Assembly: GCA_965219455.1 (NCBI GenBank)
Contig: OZ244744.1
Location: forward strand, 3,136,001 to 3,200,000
Length of the DNA stretch: 64,000 nt
Source: Candidatus Latescibacterota bacterium
GTDB lineage: Bacteria; Latescibacterota; UBA2968; GCA-2709665
Direction: 5' to 3'
A program made the translations under genes and the position numbers. Positions 39,493 through 49,975 of this stretch are shown in pieces (within the stretch, counting starts at the first letter, position 1; the number at the start of each line of letters is the position of its first letter). The notes under the pieces were generated by a model, which did no database searches, was not told the origin of the DNA, and worked only from the letters and a program-made list of their open reading frames with translations.

Positions 39493-39640
39493 TCGCGTAA
39501 ACGTTGCGGAAGGCAGAAAAGTGCTTTGACGGCCACTTATGTCCCACAATATCCCTTGTCGGTCAATATTGAGAGAAAATGGCCAACAAAATGCGTTGAT
39601 GGCAATGGCTGTCCGACAACGACCCTCGATTCCGTGGGAT
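39493..39640. repeat. Six-box symmetric element, copy 2
   Basis: All six boxes lie at an offset of exactly +554 from copy 1. Confidence 0.75.
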
Positions 39641-39818
39641 CTGTAGAGGGGGGATGTAGAAAGTGGTAGAGATCCCCGGGGCAATTTAATGAATCAGTCC
39701 GGAAATCAGGGATTGGAATTGAAGCACAGATGATTTCGCCGATTCAGTGGAGATCCTGACGTAAGAAAAAGATTCTATTTGTAGCTGGAACACAAAAGGG
39801 AACTGAGGAGAGTGCTCT

Positions 39819-41015
39819 ATGGAAGGCAAGAGGTTCATTCGGTCGATTCGGCTAGACAACTTATTATCCTATGGTTCCTGGGAACGAGAGTTCGATCTAG
39901 AGCCCTTAAACGTCCTTATCGGCCCTAACGCTTCCGGAAAGTCGAACTTGATCGAAGCGCTCTCGCTTCTCGCAGCAGCGCCTACCAGGGATCTACAGGC
40001 ACCAATTCGGGAAGGGGGAGGCGTTCGCGATTGGTTATGGAAGGGCGCCACCCGACTATCCACGGCGACCTTGGACGTTACCATTGAGTACCATGGTGAA
40101 CAACCGCTCAGGTACAGGCTATCGTTCACGGAAAGCGCGGCGCGTTTCGAACTCAAGGATGAGGCGGTCGAGAGCGAAAGACCTACGCCAGGCAACGAAG
40201 ACCCGTATATCTTCTATCGATACCAGGAGGGCAGGCCGGTGCTCAACGTCTTCACACAGGAGGAGTCCCGGTTTAATCGGCGCCTCACACGTGAAGACGT
40301 GCATGCCGAGCAGTCGATACTGTCTCAGCGACGAGATCCCGACTCCTATCCGGAATTGACGTACTTGGCTAGCAGATTCGAGCGTATGCGCTTTTATCGT
40401 GAGTGGAATCTCGGGCGCTCTGGACCGCCGCGCCTTCCGCAGCAGGCCGACCTCCCGCAGGACAGCCTGCTTGAGGACGCCTCTAATCTCGGCTTTGTGC
40501 TAAGCAGTTTGTTAAATCAACCGCCTGTCAAACGCCAGATACTGGAACAATTGAGAATCTTTCATCCTTCGGTCGAGGATATTCTTGCCACATTCAACAG
40601 CGGTACAGTTCAGTTATTCCTCCACGAAGAAGGCTTGTATCATCCTGTGCCGGCCACTCGCCTCTCTGACGGATCCCTGCGCTTTCTATGTCTTCTCGTC
40701 GTGCTCTGTAATCCCGATCCGCCGCCTGTTGTCTGTATCGAGGAGCCGGAGATCGGCCTGCACCCGGACGTGATCCCGGAAGTTGCGGCGCTTCTGGTGA
40801 AAGCGTCTTCCCATAGCCAAATATTCGTCACAACACACTCTGACATTCTCATTGACGCGCTCACGGATACTCCGGAGGCCGTGGTTGTTTGCGAGAAATC
40901 GGACGGTGCGACGCAACTTCGCCGTCTTGACGCCGACGAACTCAAACCGTGGCTCAAAAAATACCAACTTGGCGAGCTCTGGGTAAAAGGGGAAATTGGA
41001 GGGAATCGGTGGTGA
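39819..41015 (+). CDS. ABC-type (AAA_21/AbiEii-like) ATPase
   Basis: Walker A GPNASGKS, signature LSDG, Walker B IEEPEIGLHP, TTHS. Confidence 0.92.
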   Translation: MEGKRFIRSIRLDNLLSYGSWEREFDLEPLNVLIGPNASGKSNLIEALSLLAAAPTRDLQAPIREGGGVRDWLWKGATRLSTATLDVTIEYHGEQPLRYRLSFTESAARFELKDEAVESERPTPGNEDPYIFYRYQEGRPVLNVFTQEESRFNRRLTREDVHAEQSILSQRRDPDSYPELTYLASRFERMRFYREWNLGRSGPPRLPQQADLPQDSLLEDASNLGFVLSSLLNQPPVKRQILEQLRIFHPSVEDILATFNSGTVQLFLHEEGLYHPVPATRLSDGSLRFLCLLVVLCNPDPPPVVCIEEPEIGLHPDVIPEVAALLVKASSHSQIFVTTHSDILIDALTDTPEAVVVCEKSDGATQLRRLDADELKPWLKKYQLGELWVKGEIGGNRW

Positions 41016-41649
41016 AGATCAAGCTTTATGCCGAAGGAGGAGGTGGTAGCAAGGCGCTCAAAAGGGCGTGCCGCAGGGGTTTTCGCATATTCATTGAGAA
41101 GTCGGGGTTGAAAGTACGGATGCCCGAAATTGTAGCCTCCGGCAGCCGCGGGAACGCGTACGAGGACTTTAAGACGAGACATCGTAATACGACAAAAATG
41201 AAGGCGCGCTGCTTCTGGTGGACGCTGAAAGGGCGGTAGGGGAAACGGGGCCGTGGCAACACCTCAAGGACAGTGATGGCTGGGACCGCCCCGACAGCGC
41301 AACGGACGACCAGTGCCACCTTATGGTGCAAGCAATGGAATCATGGTTTCTGGCGGACCGTTCGGCCCTTGAGGAATACTATGGCCAGGGCTTTCAGGAA
41401 ACCGCGCTCCCTTCGAATCCGCAGATTGAGCAAGTTCCCAAAGGTGACGTCCTCCACGGCATTCGCCGGGCTACCGACAGTACCACAAAAGGCCGTTATG
41501 ACAAGGGATCCCACAGTTTCGAGATCCTGGCGACAATAGACCCTTCAAAAGTGACGAGTGCGTCGCCCCATGCGAAACGATTTATCGAAACACTCTTCAA
41601 GTTTTCAGGAAGTGGAACTGCGGCGGATAAGGATCCTTCGAGCGGGTAA
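41012..41649 (+). pseudogene. DUF4276-like (TOPRIM-related) partner, frameshifted
   Basis: GTGA overlap; KIKLYAEGGG...GSRGNAYEDF in one frame, then LLLVDAE...HLMVQAMESWFLAD...YDKG in another; shift near the A5 run at ~41194-41198. Confidence 0.75.
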
Positions 41650-41705
41650 CAGGTGGATAAATCGCACCGTTAAACTGGTTTCCTTGAAATAGAGAACCGA
41701 TAAAT

Positions 41706-44504
41706 ATGCGACTATCGTGGAATGAAATCCGCGCCCGCGCCGCCAAGTTTGCGCAAGACTGGATGGACAGGGGCTACGAGAAGGGCGAGACACAGCTCTT
41801 CTATAGCGAGTTCTTTAACATATTCGGGATGCCTGTTCGCCGGGTGGCTGCATTCGAGCAACCCGTCAAACTACTCGGCGACAAGCGTGGCTTTATCGAC
41901 CTGTTCTGGAAAGGCGTCCTGCTCGTCGAGCAGAAAAGCGCAGGCCGCGACCTCGTTGCGGCCAAGACCCAGGCCCTCTCCTACTTCCCGGGACTCAAGG
42001 ACGTCGACCTTCCACGCTACATTCTGCTGAGCGACTTCGCAACGTTTGAGCTATACGACCTCGACGAAGACGAAAGCGTCGCCTTCGCCCTGGCCGATCT
42101 ACCTGATAACATTGAAAAGTTCGGCTTTATTCTCGGCCTCCAGAAGCGCACCTTCAAGGATCAAGACCCGGTAAACATTCAGGCGGCCGAGCGTGTGGGC
42201 CTTCTCCACGACGCGCTGGCGGCTTCCGGCTACACCGGCCACGACCTGGAGCAATTCCTCGTTCGGATCGTCTTCTGCTTCTTTGCCGACGACACCGGTA
42301 TCTTCGAGCCGCGCGACATCTTCCTTGACCTGTTGGAAAATAGGACGAACGAAGACGGCTCAGACCTGGGTGGCTGGCTGGCGCAATTGTTCCAGGTGCT
42401 CGACACGCCTGACGACCAGCGCGTCAACACCCTCGACGAAGATCTTGCCCGCTTCCCCTACGTTGACGGGGACCTGTTTCGCGAGACATTGCGCATCCCG
42501 TCGTTCGATGCCCAAATGCGCCAGAGGCTGATTGATGCTTGCCATTTCAATTGGTCGGCTATCTCTCCGGCCATCTTCGGCTCGCTATTCCAGTCTGTGA
42601 TGGACGAGGACGAACGCCGCGCTAAGGGCGCGCACTATACGACCGAACAGAACATCCTCAAGGTTATCGAACCCCTGTTCCTCGACGATCTGCGCGAGGA
42701 GTTCCAACGCCTGAAGTCGCGCCGCGACACGCGTCGCATTCCCGAACTGATCGCCTTCCAGCAGCGGTTAGGGACGTTGCGCCTCTTTGATCCGGCCTGC
42801 GGCTGCGGGAATTTCCTCATCATTGCCTACCGCGAGTTGCGGGCACTGGAAATCGAGGTACTAAAGGAAATTCGCCCGAAACGCCAGGTCGACGCCTTTG
42901 CAGAGTTGCTTTCGGTCGTAGATGTCGATCAGTTTTACGGGATTGATTTGGGGGAGTTTCCGGCGCACATCGCAGAGGTCGCATTGTGGATGATGGACCA
43001 CATTATGAACAACCGGCTGAGCCTGGAGTTCGGCCAGACGTACGTGCGCATTCCGCTGGAGAAATCCCCGCACATCCGGCATGGCGACGCGCTCGAGTTT
43101 GATTGGAGCGAATTACTGCCGCCGGAGGAATGTTCCTACGTGCTCGGCAATCCCCCATTTGTGGGCGCGAAGTTTCAATCGACCGAGCAGCGCGAACAAG
43201 TGCGCGCCATCGCTGCCCTAGGCAAGAGCGGCGGCACGCTCGACTACGTTACCGCGTGGTTCATCAAGGCTGGGAAATACGTTCAGGATAGCGCGGCGCG
43301 GATCGGTTTCGTGGCGACTAATTCCATCACGCAGGGCGAACAGGTTGCACAACTCTGGCCAATCCTATTCGAACGCCATAAACTGGATATCGCCTTTGCA
43401 CACCGTACGTTTGCCTGGGGATCGGACGCGCGTGGTATGGCGCACGTTCACGTGGTGATTATTGGATTGGCCAAACGGGACGATGCACTGCGACAGAAGC
43501 GGTTGTTTTCATACGATAGCCCGAAAAGCGATCCGCAGCAGAGCCAACACACCGCCCTCTCACCCTATTTGTTCGATGCAAGTGGTTTGACCGATTCGGG
43601 AGTTGTCGTAAGGGGGGCACATCTACCGATCAATGGACTACCAAGGCTCATCATCGGCTCCAAGCCCATCGATGGCGGCCATTATATCTTTAAGGTCGAT
43701 GAACGCGCCACTTTCCTTCGCGAAGAGCCGGGCGCTGAGCCTTATCTCCGACCTTTCGTGGGAAGCCGCGAGTTTTTGCAGGGCGGAGAACGTTGGATAT
43801 TGCATCTGGCGGAAGCGCCGCCGCACGTGCTCAAGACGCTACCGAAAGTACGGGAGCGCATAGCGGCCGTCCGGGAATATAGGCTGGCAAGTAAGAGCAA
43901 GCCGACCCAGGCACTCGCCATGACGCCGAAGCAATACCACGTAAACGTCATTCCAACTGAGCCGTTCTTGGCCGTGCCAAAGGTGAGTTCCGAACGGCGC
44001 GAGTATGTGCCGATCGGTTGGCTGGAGCCGCCGACGATCCCAAGCGATCTTGTCTTCGTTCTGAACGACGCGACAAAGCCATTGTTCGCGTTGCTCACCT
44101 CCGCTATGCATTTTAGCTGGCTGCGTCACATCGGCGGACGTTTGGAGAGCCGTTACCGCTATTCGATCGGCCTTGTATACAACACCTTTCCTCTGCCGCC
44201 AGCCCCGCCGGAACGGATGCAACGCCTCGAGCCCCATGCGGAAGCCGTCCTCAGTGCTCGCGCTAACCATCCAAAGGAGACGTTGGCGGACCTGTACGAC
44301 CCCGACCTCATGCCTACCGACCTTCGCAAAGCACATCAGGTCCTGGACCGCGCCGTCGATAAGCTGTACCGACGGAGCGGCTTCGCCTCCGAGCGCGATC
44401 GTGTGGAACATCTATTGGGTCTTTACGAGAAAGTGGTCGCTCCGGTGACGGCCATGGCCAAGCCGAAGCGACGGCGGCGGCGACGAAGGGATGGAAAGGA
44501 ATAG
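41706..44504 (+). CDS. MmeI-like (YeeA-like) single-chain type IIL restriction-modification enzyme
   Basis: N-terminal nuclease FIDLFW...VEQK, AIFGSLFQ, GAHYT, DPACGCGNF, GNPPF, C-terminal TLADLYDP. Confidence 0.9.
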   Translation: MRLSWNEIRARAAKFAQDWMDRGYEKGETQLFYSEFFNIFGMPVRRVAAFEQPVKLLGDKRGFIDLFWKGVLLVEQKSAGRDLVAAKTQALSYFPGLKDVDLPRYILLSDFATFELYDLDEDESVAFALADLPDNIEKFGFILGLQKRTFKDQDPVNIQAAERVGLLHDALAASGYTGHDLEQFLVRIVFCFFADDTGIFEPRDIFLDLLENRTNEDGSDLGGWLAQLFQVLDTPDDQRVNTLDEDLARFPYVDGDLFRETLRIPSFDAQMRQRLIDACHFNWSAISPAIFGSLFQSVMDEDERRAKGAHYTTEQNILKVIEPLFLDDLREEFQRLKSRRDTRRIPELIAFQQRLGTLRLFDPACGCGNFLIIAYRELRALEIEVLKEIRPKRQVDAFAELLSVVDVDQFYGIDLGEFPAHIAEVALWMMDHIMNNRLSLEFGQTYVRIPLEKSPHIRHGDALEFDWSELLPPEECSYVLGNPPFVGAKFQSTEQREQVRAIAALGKSGGTLDYVTAWFIKAGKYVQDSAARIGFVATNSITQGEQVAQLWPILFERHKLDIAFAHRTFAWGSDARGMAHVHVVIIGLAKRDDALRQKRLFSYDSPKSDPQQSQHTALSPYLFDASGLTDSGVVVRGAHLPINGLPRLIIGSKPIDGGHYIFKVDERATFLREEPGAEPYLRPFVGSREFLQGGERWILHLAEAPPHVLKTLPKVRERIAAVREYRLASKSKPTQALAMTPKQYHVNVIPTEPFLAVPKVSSERREYVPIGWLEPPTIPSDLVFVLNDATKPLFALLTSAMHFSWLRHIGGRLESRYRYSIGLVYNTFPLPPAPPERMQRLEPHAEAVLSARANHPKETLADLYDPDLMPTDLRKAHQVLDRAVDKLYRRSGFASERDRVEHLLGLYEKVVAPVTAMAKPKRRRRRRRDGKE

Positions 44505-44780
44505 TGTGGAAATATATGGAGTAAAATTCAGCTCACGAGCCTTGACCGGATAAAGAATCAAGACTACAATAGCATATACATTTGAGATTCCTTCCTACAC
44601 GAGGGCTACCAACGGAGATTGGTATTCTAATGCTAACGTTTTCCGTAAGACACCGGATGTCGCAACACATTCGGAATATTTGGTTTTTGTAATTTAAGAT
44701 TCGACAATCTTCCCCCGTTATATTCAAGGTTCCTGAAGGGGAAGAACAAACCCCGAGTCGTTACGGACGGACATTTTGTT

Positions 44781-46772
44781 ATGAAACTACAAAATACCCC
44801 GACTTCAAGGTCTGAACGTAAATACAAGATGACGGTTGCTGGCCAGTTGTTCAAACATCTGGGTTTGCAGATGTACTCTGGGGCAGTACCTGCAATTTCA
44901 GAACTAATCTCAAACGCATACGACGCCATGGCGAGAAACGTATGGATTGAACTTCCGACTCACACGTCCATCACGTCAAGTGACGAGATTGTAGTGAGGG
45001 ACGATGGACATGGCATGAGTTTTGACGAATGTAACTCTCGCTACTTGTCGGTAGGGAGAGACCGACGAATAAAGCACGATGAATGGACAAAGGAGTACCG
45101 TGATTTGAGTTCCCGGAAAGTTCAGGGAAGAAAGGGCATTGGCAAACTTGCTGGTTTCGGGATAGCAAATTTGATTGACGTCCGAACAATTAAGAGTGAG
45201 AAAATAGCGCATTTTCGAATGGATTATGACGAATTAACAAGAAGCTCGAATTTCGCCGATACGGAAGGATACGCACCCAAATCATTGCCAGATGACGGTA
45301 GACAAACCGACGATCCGGCTGGCACAACGGTTAGACTATCGCGGCTTAAGCTCAGTCGATCGATTAACGAAGAACAATTCAAAAAGAGCATTGCCAGGCG
45401 ACTTCTGGTCATTGACGAGTCCTTTACCGTGCATGTAAACGATACACAAGTGTCGAGACAAGAGATTCCATTTCAATTCAGATTTCCGAAAAGTGCCGGC
45501 GCTTGGCAGACCGATGAACTTTCAAATGGCCAACAATTTCACTGGTGGGCGGGTTTCTGCGATGGTACGATACCGGATGAAGAACAACGCGGCTTTGTTG
45601 TTTACGTGCGAGGGAAGTTGGCACAAACGCCTTGGTTTTTCGACCTTAGTGGTGGCGTTTGGGGACAACATGGCATGCAATATTTCACGGGCGAGATCAA
45701 GGCAGATTTTCTTGATGACAGTGTGGATTTGATTGCCACGGACAGGGGTACAGTTCGGTGGGAGGATCCCGCGGCCGTACCTTTGAAGGATTGGGGGCGA
45801 AAAAAGATCAGGGAGTTACTCGAGACTTGGTCGAAGAAAAGACGCGAAGCGAAACTCAAGAGTCCCAAAGTGATGGAGTTTCTGTCCCAAGCGGAGAAAC
45901 TACCTGAAAGAGAACGTCAGATTTTTGCAAAAGTGGTTGACCGTATTTGCGCTATACCTCAACTCGATAAAGACCAAGAGGGCAGGGATATAGCCGATGA
46001 ACTTGTGGAGTTTGCCTACAACGCATTGACAAATCTGAGTTTTCTTGATGCAATACGACGGTTGAACGCAGCATCTCCAAATGAAATGGACAGATTCAGT
46101 GAAGTGCTTTCCGATTGGGATATCATCGAGCTTGTAAATACGGCGCACCTCGTTAAGGGTCGGGTCGAAATCATCCGAAAATTCAAACAAATGATCGACG
46201 ATAGAGTTCCTGAAAAACCGGACATGCAGAACTACGTACGTGACCATCCATGGCTAATCGATCCGAAATGGACCGCTCTTGCGCACGAGAAAACACTCGA
46301 CAGGTTAATTGCAGATGAATTCGGAATCAAAACGTCAGATGGCAACGAAGGCAGGAGGCGACTTGATTTCTTCTGCCTTGGGGATAGGTATAAGACAGCG
46401 CACGTTGTAGAGACAAAGCGACCTGGAGAAATAGTTGGACGACAGGAATGCGATCAACTTCGTGATTATGTTTTGTTTCTTCAAAGAAAGCTCCAACATG
46501 AGGCTGACGAAGAAAACCGAAGAACGACAGTGCGAGGTCTGTTAATAGCCGATCGCATTCGACCCGAAGATGAGATTCACGCACAGACGCACCAACAGGC
46601 CGGAACATTCGATATTCGCACCTGGGATAATCTGCTAACCACAACGGAAACATTGCATGAAGAATTCCTAAATGTGGTTAGAACACGCGTTCCGTCAGAT
46701 GATCCTAGAATGAGGAGCTTGTTGGACGAATCAATCAATGCACCGATCGATTCAAACGAAGATCAGGGATGA
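44781..46772 (+). CDS. GHKL (MORC-like) ATPase fused to a C-terminal PD-(D/E)XK nuclease
   Basis: ELISNAYDA, DDGHGM, GRKGIGK, GT; C-terminal HPWLID, RLDF...VETKRP. Confidence 0.82.
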   Translation: MKLQNTPTSRSERKYKMTVAGQLFKHLGLQMYSGAVPAISELISNAYDAMARNVWIELPTHTSITSSDEIVVRDDGHGMSFDECNSRYLSVGRDRRIKHDEWTKEYRDLSSRKVQGRKGIGKLAGFGIANLIDVRTIKSEKIAHFRMDYDELTRSSNFADTEGYAPKSLPDDGRQTDDPAGTTVRLSRLKLSRSINEEQFKKSIARRLLVIDESFTVHVNDTQVSRQEIPFQFRFPKSAGAWQTDELSNGQQFHWWAGFCDGTIPDEEQRGFVVYVRGKLAQTPWFFDLSGGVWGQHGMQYFTGEIKADFLDDSVDLIATDRGTVRWEDPAAVPLKDWGRKKIRELLETWSKKRREAKLKSPKVMEFLSQAEKLPERERQIFAKVVDRICAIPQLDKDQEGRDIADELVEFAYNALTNLSFLDAIRRLNAASPNEMDRFSEVLSDWDIIELVNTAHLVKGRVEIIRKFKQMIDDRVPEKPDMQNYVRDHPWLIDPKWTALAHEKTLDRLIADEFGIKTSDGNEGRRRLDFFCLGDRYKTAHVVETKRPGEIVGRQECDQLRDYVLFLQRKLQHEADEENRRTTVRGLLIADRIRPEDEIHAQTHQQAGTFDIRTWDNLLTTTETLHEEFLNVVRTRVPSDDPRMRSLLDESINAPIDSNEDQG

Positions 46773-46775
46773 ACA

Positions 46776-47882
46776 ATGAACAAAGAAAGACGAATTGCGA
46801 TTGATCTGTTCGCCGGGTGCGGCGGATTGACAAAAGGTATTCGCGATGCTGGGTTCAACGTCTCAGCAGCCGTTGAGGTTGATTTCGATGCGGCGCGGAC
46901 CTACCGATGGAACCACCCACGAACGCGCCTGCTGAGAAAAGACATCCGTGAAGTGTCCGCTTCGGATCTCAAACGGGAAACCGGCAACGAGCATATTTCG
47001 CTTCTAGCCGGTTGCGCTCCCTGCCAGGGATTCTGTTCTCTGACGAGCAAGTACGACAAGCCAGACCCTCGAAACGAACTTCTCCTTGTTATGGCCAAGA
47101 TTATCGGAGAGATTCTTCCCCGTACAGTAATTATGGAGAACGTCCCCGGCGTCTTAGGCCGGGGAAAGGCAATTTTCGATAAATTCATTGAAGTTATCTC
47201 CAAACTTGGATACCAGTACAATTGGCGTATTGAGCAGATGGCCGACTTTGGTGTACCTCAATCACGTCGTCGGTTGGTTCTCATAGCCGGACTTGGATTC
47301 GAGGTTCCCTTTCCTGAACCAACCCATGCCCGTGCCAAGGGCGAAATATGCGGTCTGCAACCATGGAACACGGTAAGGCAAGCCATTGGCCACATAGATG
47401 CGCCGATCACGTTAAAGGCAGCCTGGCGCAATGATAGCCCGGAATCTAATGACTGGCATGTGGTCCGAGATCTTCAACCACAGGTCAAGAAACGACTGGA
47501 AGCTGCGGAACCAGGGGAGACATGGTTGGCAATTGATGAGTCGGTGCGTCCTAAATGTCATCGAAGCGGCTACAGGGGCTTTACAAATACGTATGGAAGA
47601 ATGGCTTGGGACCAGGTCTCTCCTACTATAACTGGTGGGTGTACGACGGCATCCAAAGGCCGGTTCGGGCACCCGGATAAATCCAGATATACAATCTCCG
47701 TACGAGAAGCTGCCTTACTTCAGACGTTCCCCGAAGATTACAGATTTGCTACGGATAAGATGGACACCGTATGTGACCTTATAGGCAACGCGGTCCCACC
47801 TCTATATGCAAAACTGGCCGCTACGGAAGTCCTTTCTGCAATTCGCAAGAATCCGGACGAACAAGGTGAAATGCGACCATGA
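46776..47882 (+). CDS. dcm: C5 DNA cytosine methyltransferase
   Basis: [38 protein letters not shown]. Confidence 0.95.
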   Translation: MNKERRIAIDLFAGCGGLTKGIRDAGFNVSAAVEVDFDAARTYRWNHPRTRLLRKDIREVSASDLKRETGNEHISLLAGCAPCQGFCSLTSKYDKPDPRNELLLVMAKIIGEILPRTVIMENVPGVLGRGKAIFDKFIEVISKLGYQYNWRIEQMADFGVPQSRRRLVLIAGLGFEVPFPEPTHARAKGEICGLQPWNTVRQAIGHIDAPITLKAAWRNDSPESNDWHVVRDLQPQVKKRLEAAEPGETWLAIDESVRPKCHRSGYRGFTNTYGRMAWDQVSPTITGGCTTASKGRFGHPDKSRYTISVREAALLQTFPEDYRFATDKMDTVCDLIGNAVPPLYAKLAATEVLSAIRKNPDEQGEMRP

Positions 47883-48334
47883 GTCGATGGCCCGGCGACG
47901 CTCGGCAAGAACGTACGACGTTTGGTGGTTTGGTTCGCGGGGAACTGATGGCTCGCGTGCGTAGCAAGGGCAATGAGACAACTGAAAAGCGCCTTGTACG
48001 TCTCTTTCGCGAGTGGCGTTTAACTGGATGGAGACGAAACCAATCGCTTCCAGGTCGACCGGATTTCGTTTTTTCGAAAGAAAAGACCCTCGTCTTTGTG
48101 GACGGCTGTTTTTGGCACGGGCACAATTGCAGAAACCTAACGTCAAAGACAAACCAGAAGGCGTGGCATGACAAAATTGCACGAACCCAAGCCCGGGACC
48201 GACGGAACAACCGTCTGCTTCGCCAGTTGGGATGGAAAGTCATACGTATTTGGGAGTGTCGTCTGGCAAAGGCTCCAGACCTCTGCATGCGTAGGATAAA
48301 ACGCAGACTCGAGGAAAGTAGAGGAACAACATAG
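47879..48334 (+). CDS. vsr: Very short patch repair endonuclease
   Basis: [27 protein letters not shown]; ATGA overlap with dcm. Confidence 0.93.
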   Translation: MSRWPGDARQERTTFGGLVRGELMARVRSKGNETTEKRLVRLFREWRLTGWRRNQSLPGRPDFVFSKEKTLVFVDGCFWHGHNCRNLTSKTNQKAWHDKIARTQARDRRNNRLLRQLGWKVIRIWECRLAKAPDLCMRRIKRRLEESRGTT

Positions 48335-48451
48335 AACTTGAAATTCGATCAGGAGACTGGGAGGCTTGTCGCTACTGCTTATGATCTGGACCGGGACAGC
48401 ATTGATTTGCGGATTGAATCGCGTGGATCGATCGAGAGAAGGGAGAATCCG

Positions 48452-49591
48452 ATGAGGGTCAGCATTCGAGACAAGGGGCGCTTGAGCGAGGTCTCGCCTG
48501 CCGCCCTGTCGGCCTATGCTCGTGCAGCGGGCTGGACACGGACGGACAGCTACGGGGACTCTTCAGACGTTTATGAATCGGACGGATTGCCGGAGATTAT
48601 CGTGCCGCGCACCCAACAACTGGGAGATTATGCTAACGTGGTGTCGCAACTTATCGATATCTTCGCCGACGTGGCAGGTACCGACGAACTTTCTCTCTAC
48701 CGCGACCTGGTTTCCTCCGACCGAGACGTCATTCGCGTTCGGGGCGACGAAGGCGGCGATGGGGCCGCATCCGCAAATGAAAGGATTAAACTTGCAGGCA
48801 GCGCACGTGGTATGGTACTGGCAGCCGCCTGTTCGCTGCATGATCCGCGGTCGGTCTATCGCGCTGCCGCTGACAAGGAGGCCATGAACTTTGTCCGCAA
48901 ATTACGAATGGGGCAATCCGAGCAAGAATGCCTTGTTGTAACCCTGCTGACCCCTGTCGTGTCGCCACCCATACAACAGTCCTTCATTCAGGATTCGGAG
49001 CACAACGAAGACCCGATTGAGCGCAAGATGACAAGGCGTCTGGCTTCCGCACTGCGAGCCGCCCGGCATGCAACGGAACAAACAATGGGAGGAAAAGTCG
49101 ACGCTTTCTTGCAGGCCGTGGACAACGGTGTAAGCGCCAATCTGTGCGAAGCGCTTGTGAGATTGATCGAAGCATCCACGGCGCTGGAAGTCAGTTTGAC
49201 CTGGGCCCGCACGCATCCGATGAATACGGCGCGTGAGGTCGTTCATTTTGGCAAGGGTGATGCGCCCATCCTCCGTGAGGCCGCGCGGCTGTTCCGTGAT
49301 CGCGGACCGAAACCGGATGTGCTGCTATTCGGTTCTGTTCAACGGGTCAAGAGGCGCCAGGATGAGACGTACGGAACAATCACTTTGCGAGTATACGTTG
49401 ACGGGCAAATTCAGTCAGTCGTAGCCGCCCTCACCCAGTCCGATTACGAGAGAGCCATTGAAGCTCATCAACAAAAGGCACCGGTCATTGTGGCCGGCGA
49501 CCTTGACCGCATTGGTCAACGGTGGCGCTTGTTGAATCCGCGCGTTGTTGCCGTCATTCCGCAAGAGGATATGCAGGAAGAGGGAGAATGA
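48452..49591 (+). CDS. Hypothetical protein (379 aa), possible C-terminal OB-like region
   Basis: GGGAG RBS before ATG 48452; GVSANLCEAL motif; ATGA overlap with the SIR2 stub. Confidence 0.8.
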   Translation: MRVSIRDKGRLSEVSPAALSAYARAAGWTRTDSYGDSSDVYESDGLPEIIVPRTQQLGDYANVVSQLIDIFADVAGTDELSLYRDLVSSDRDVIRVRGDEGGDGAASANERIKLAGSARGMVLAAACSLHDPRSVYRAAADKEAMNFVRKLRMGQSEQECLVVTLLTPVVSPPIQQSFIQDSEHNEDPIERKMTRRLASALRAARHATEQTMGGKVDAFLQAVDNGVSANLCEALVRLIEASTALEVSLTWARTHPMNTAREVVHFGKGDAPILREAARLFRDRGPKPDVLLFGSVQRVKRRQDETYGTITLRVYVDGQIQSVVAALTQSDYERAIEAHQQKAPVIVAGDLDRIGQRWRLLNPRVVAVIPQEDMQEEGE

Positions 49592-49827
49592 GGTCAATCG
49601 ATCCAATCCATTCCCTGGCGTTTTCGATTCAAGCAAATCCTGGCGTGTATGCTATCCTTGTGGGCTCAGGGGTATCACGGTCGGCGAAGATTCCCACAGG
49701 ATGGGAGATAACTCTCGACTTGATTCGCAAGTTGGCAAAACTCGGCAACGAGACTTGCGAACCCGTTCCGGAATGTTGGTATCTGGAGAGATTCGGTAAA
49801 GAGGCGTCGTATTCCGATCTCCTTTGA
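49588..49827 (+). pseudogene. Truncated SIR2-family protein (N-terminal 79 aa only)
   Basis: YAILVGSGVSRSAKIPTGW is the sirtuin GxGxS..x.IP.W NAD-binding start; the frame ends after YSDLL and I see no continuation. Confidence 0.75.
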
Positions 49828-49975
49828 TGTCAAGGCTGCATTCGGTGATTTGTGAGCATCGGTTGGATGATCGCCTGGTCGGTGCGATTGCAGGCCCCTT
49901 TGGTTTGCGATCTCGCCCCAATGCGGAATCTCCATTGATTTCGGTGTCTGACCGATCAAGGGAGAAGTTATTTCA

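Noticed and set aside
36500-39700. Classical integron with attC sites
   Set aside because: No tyrosine integrase in the window, and I could not find RYYYAAC/GTTRRRY-bounded sites.
44460-44504. KPKRRRRRR tail as a nuclear localisation signal
   Set aside because: Basic low-complexity tails are common; nothing indicates secretion.
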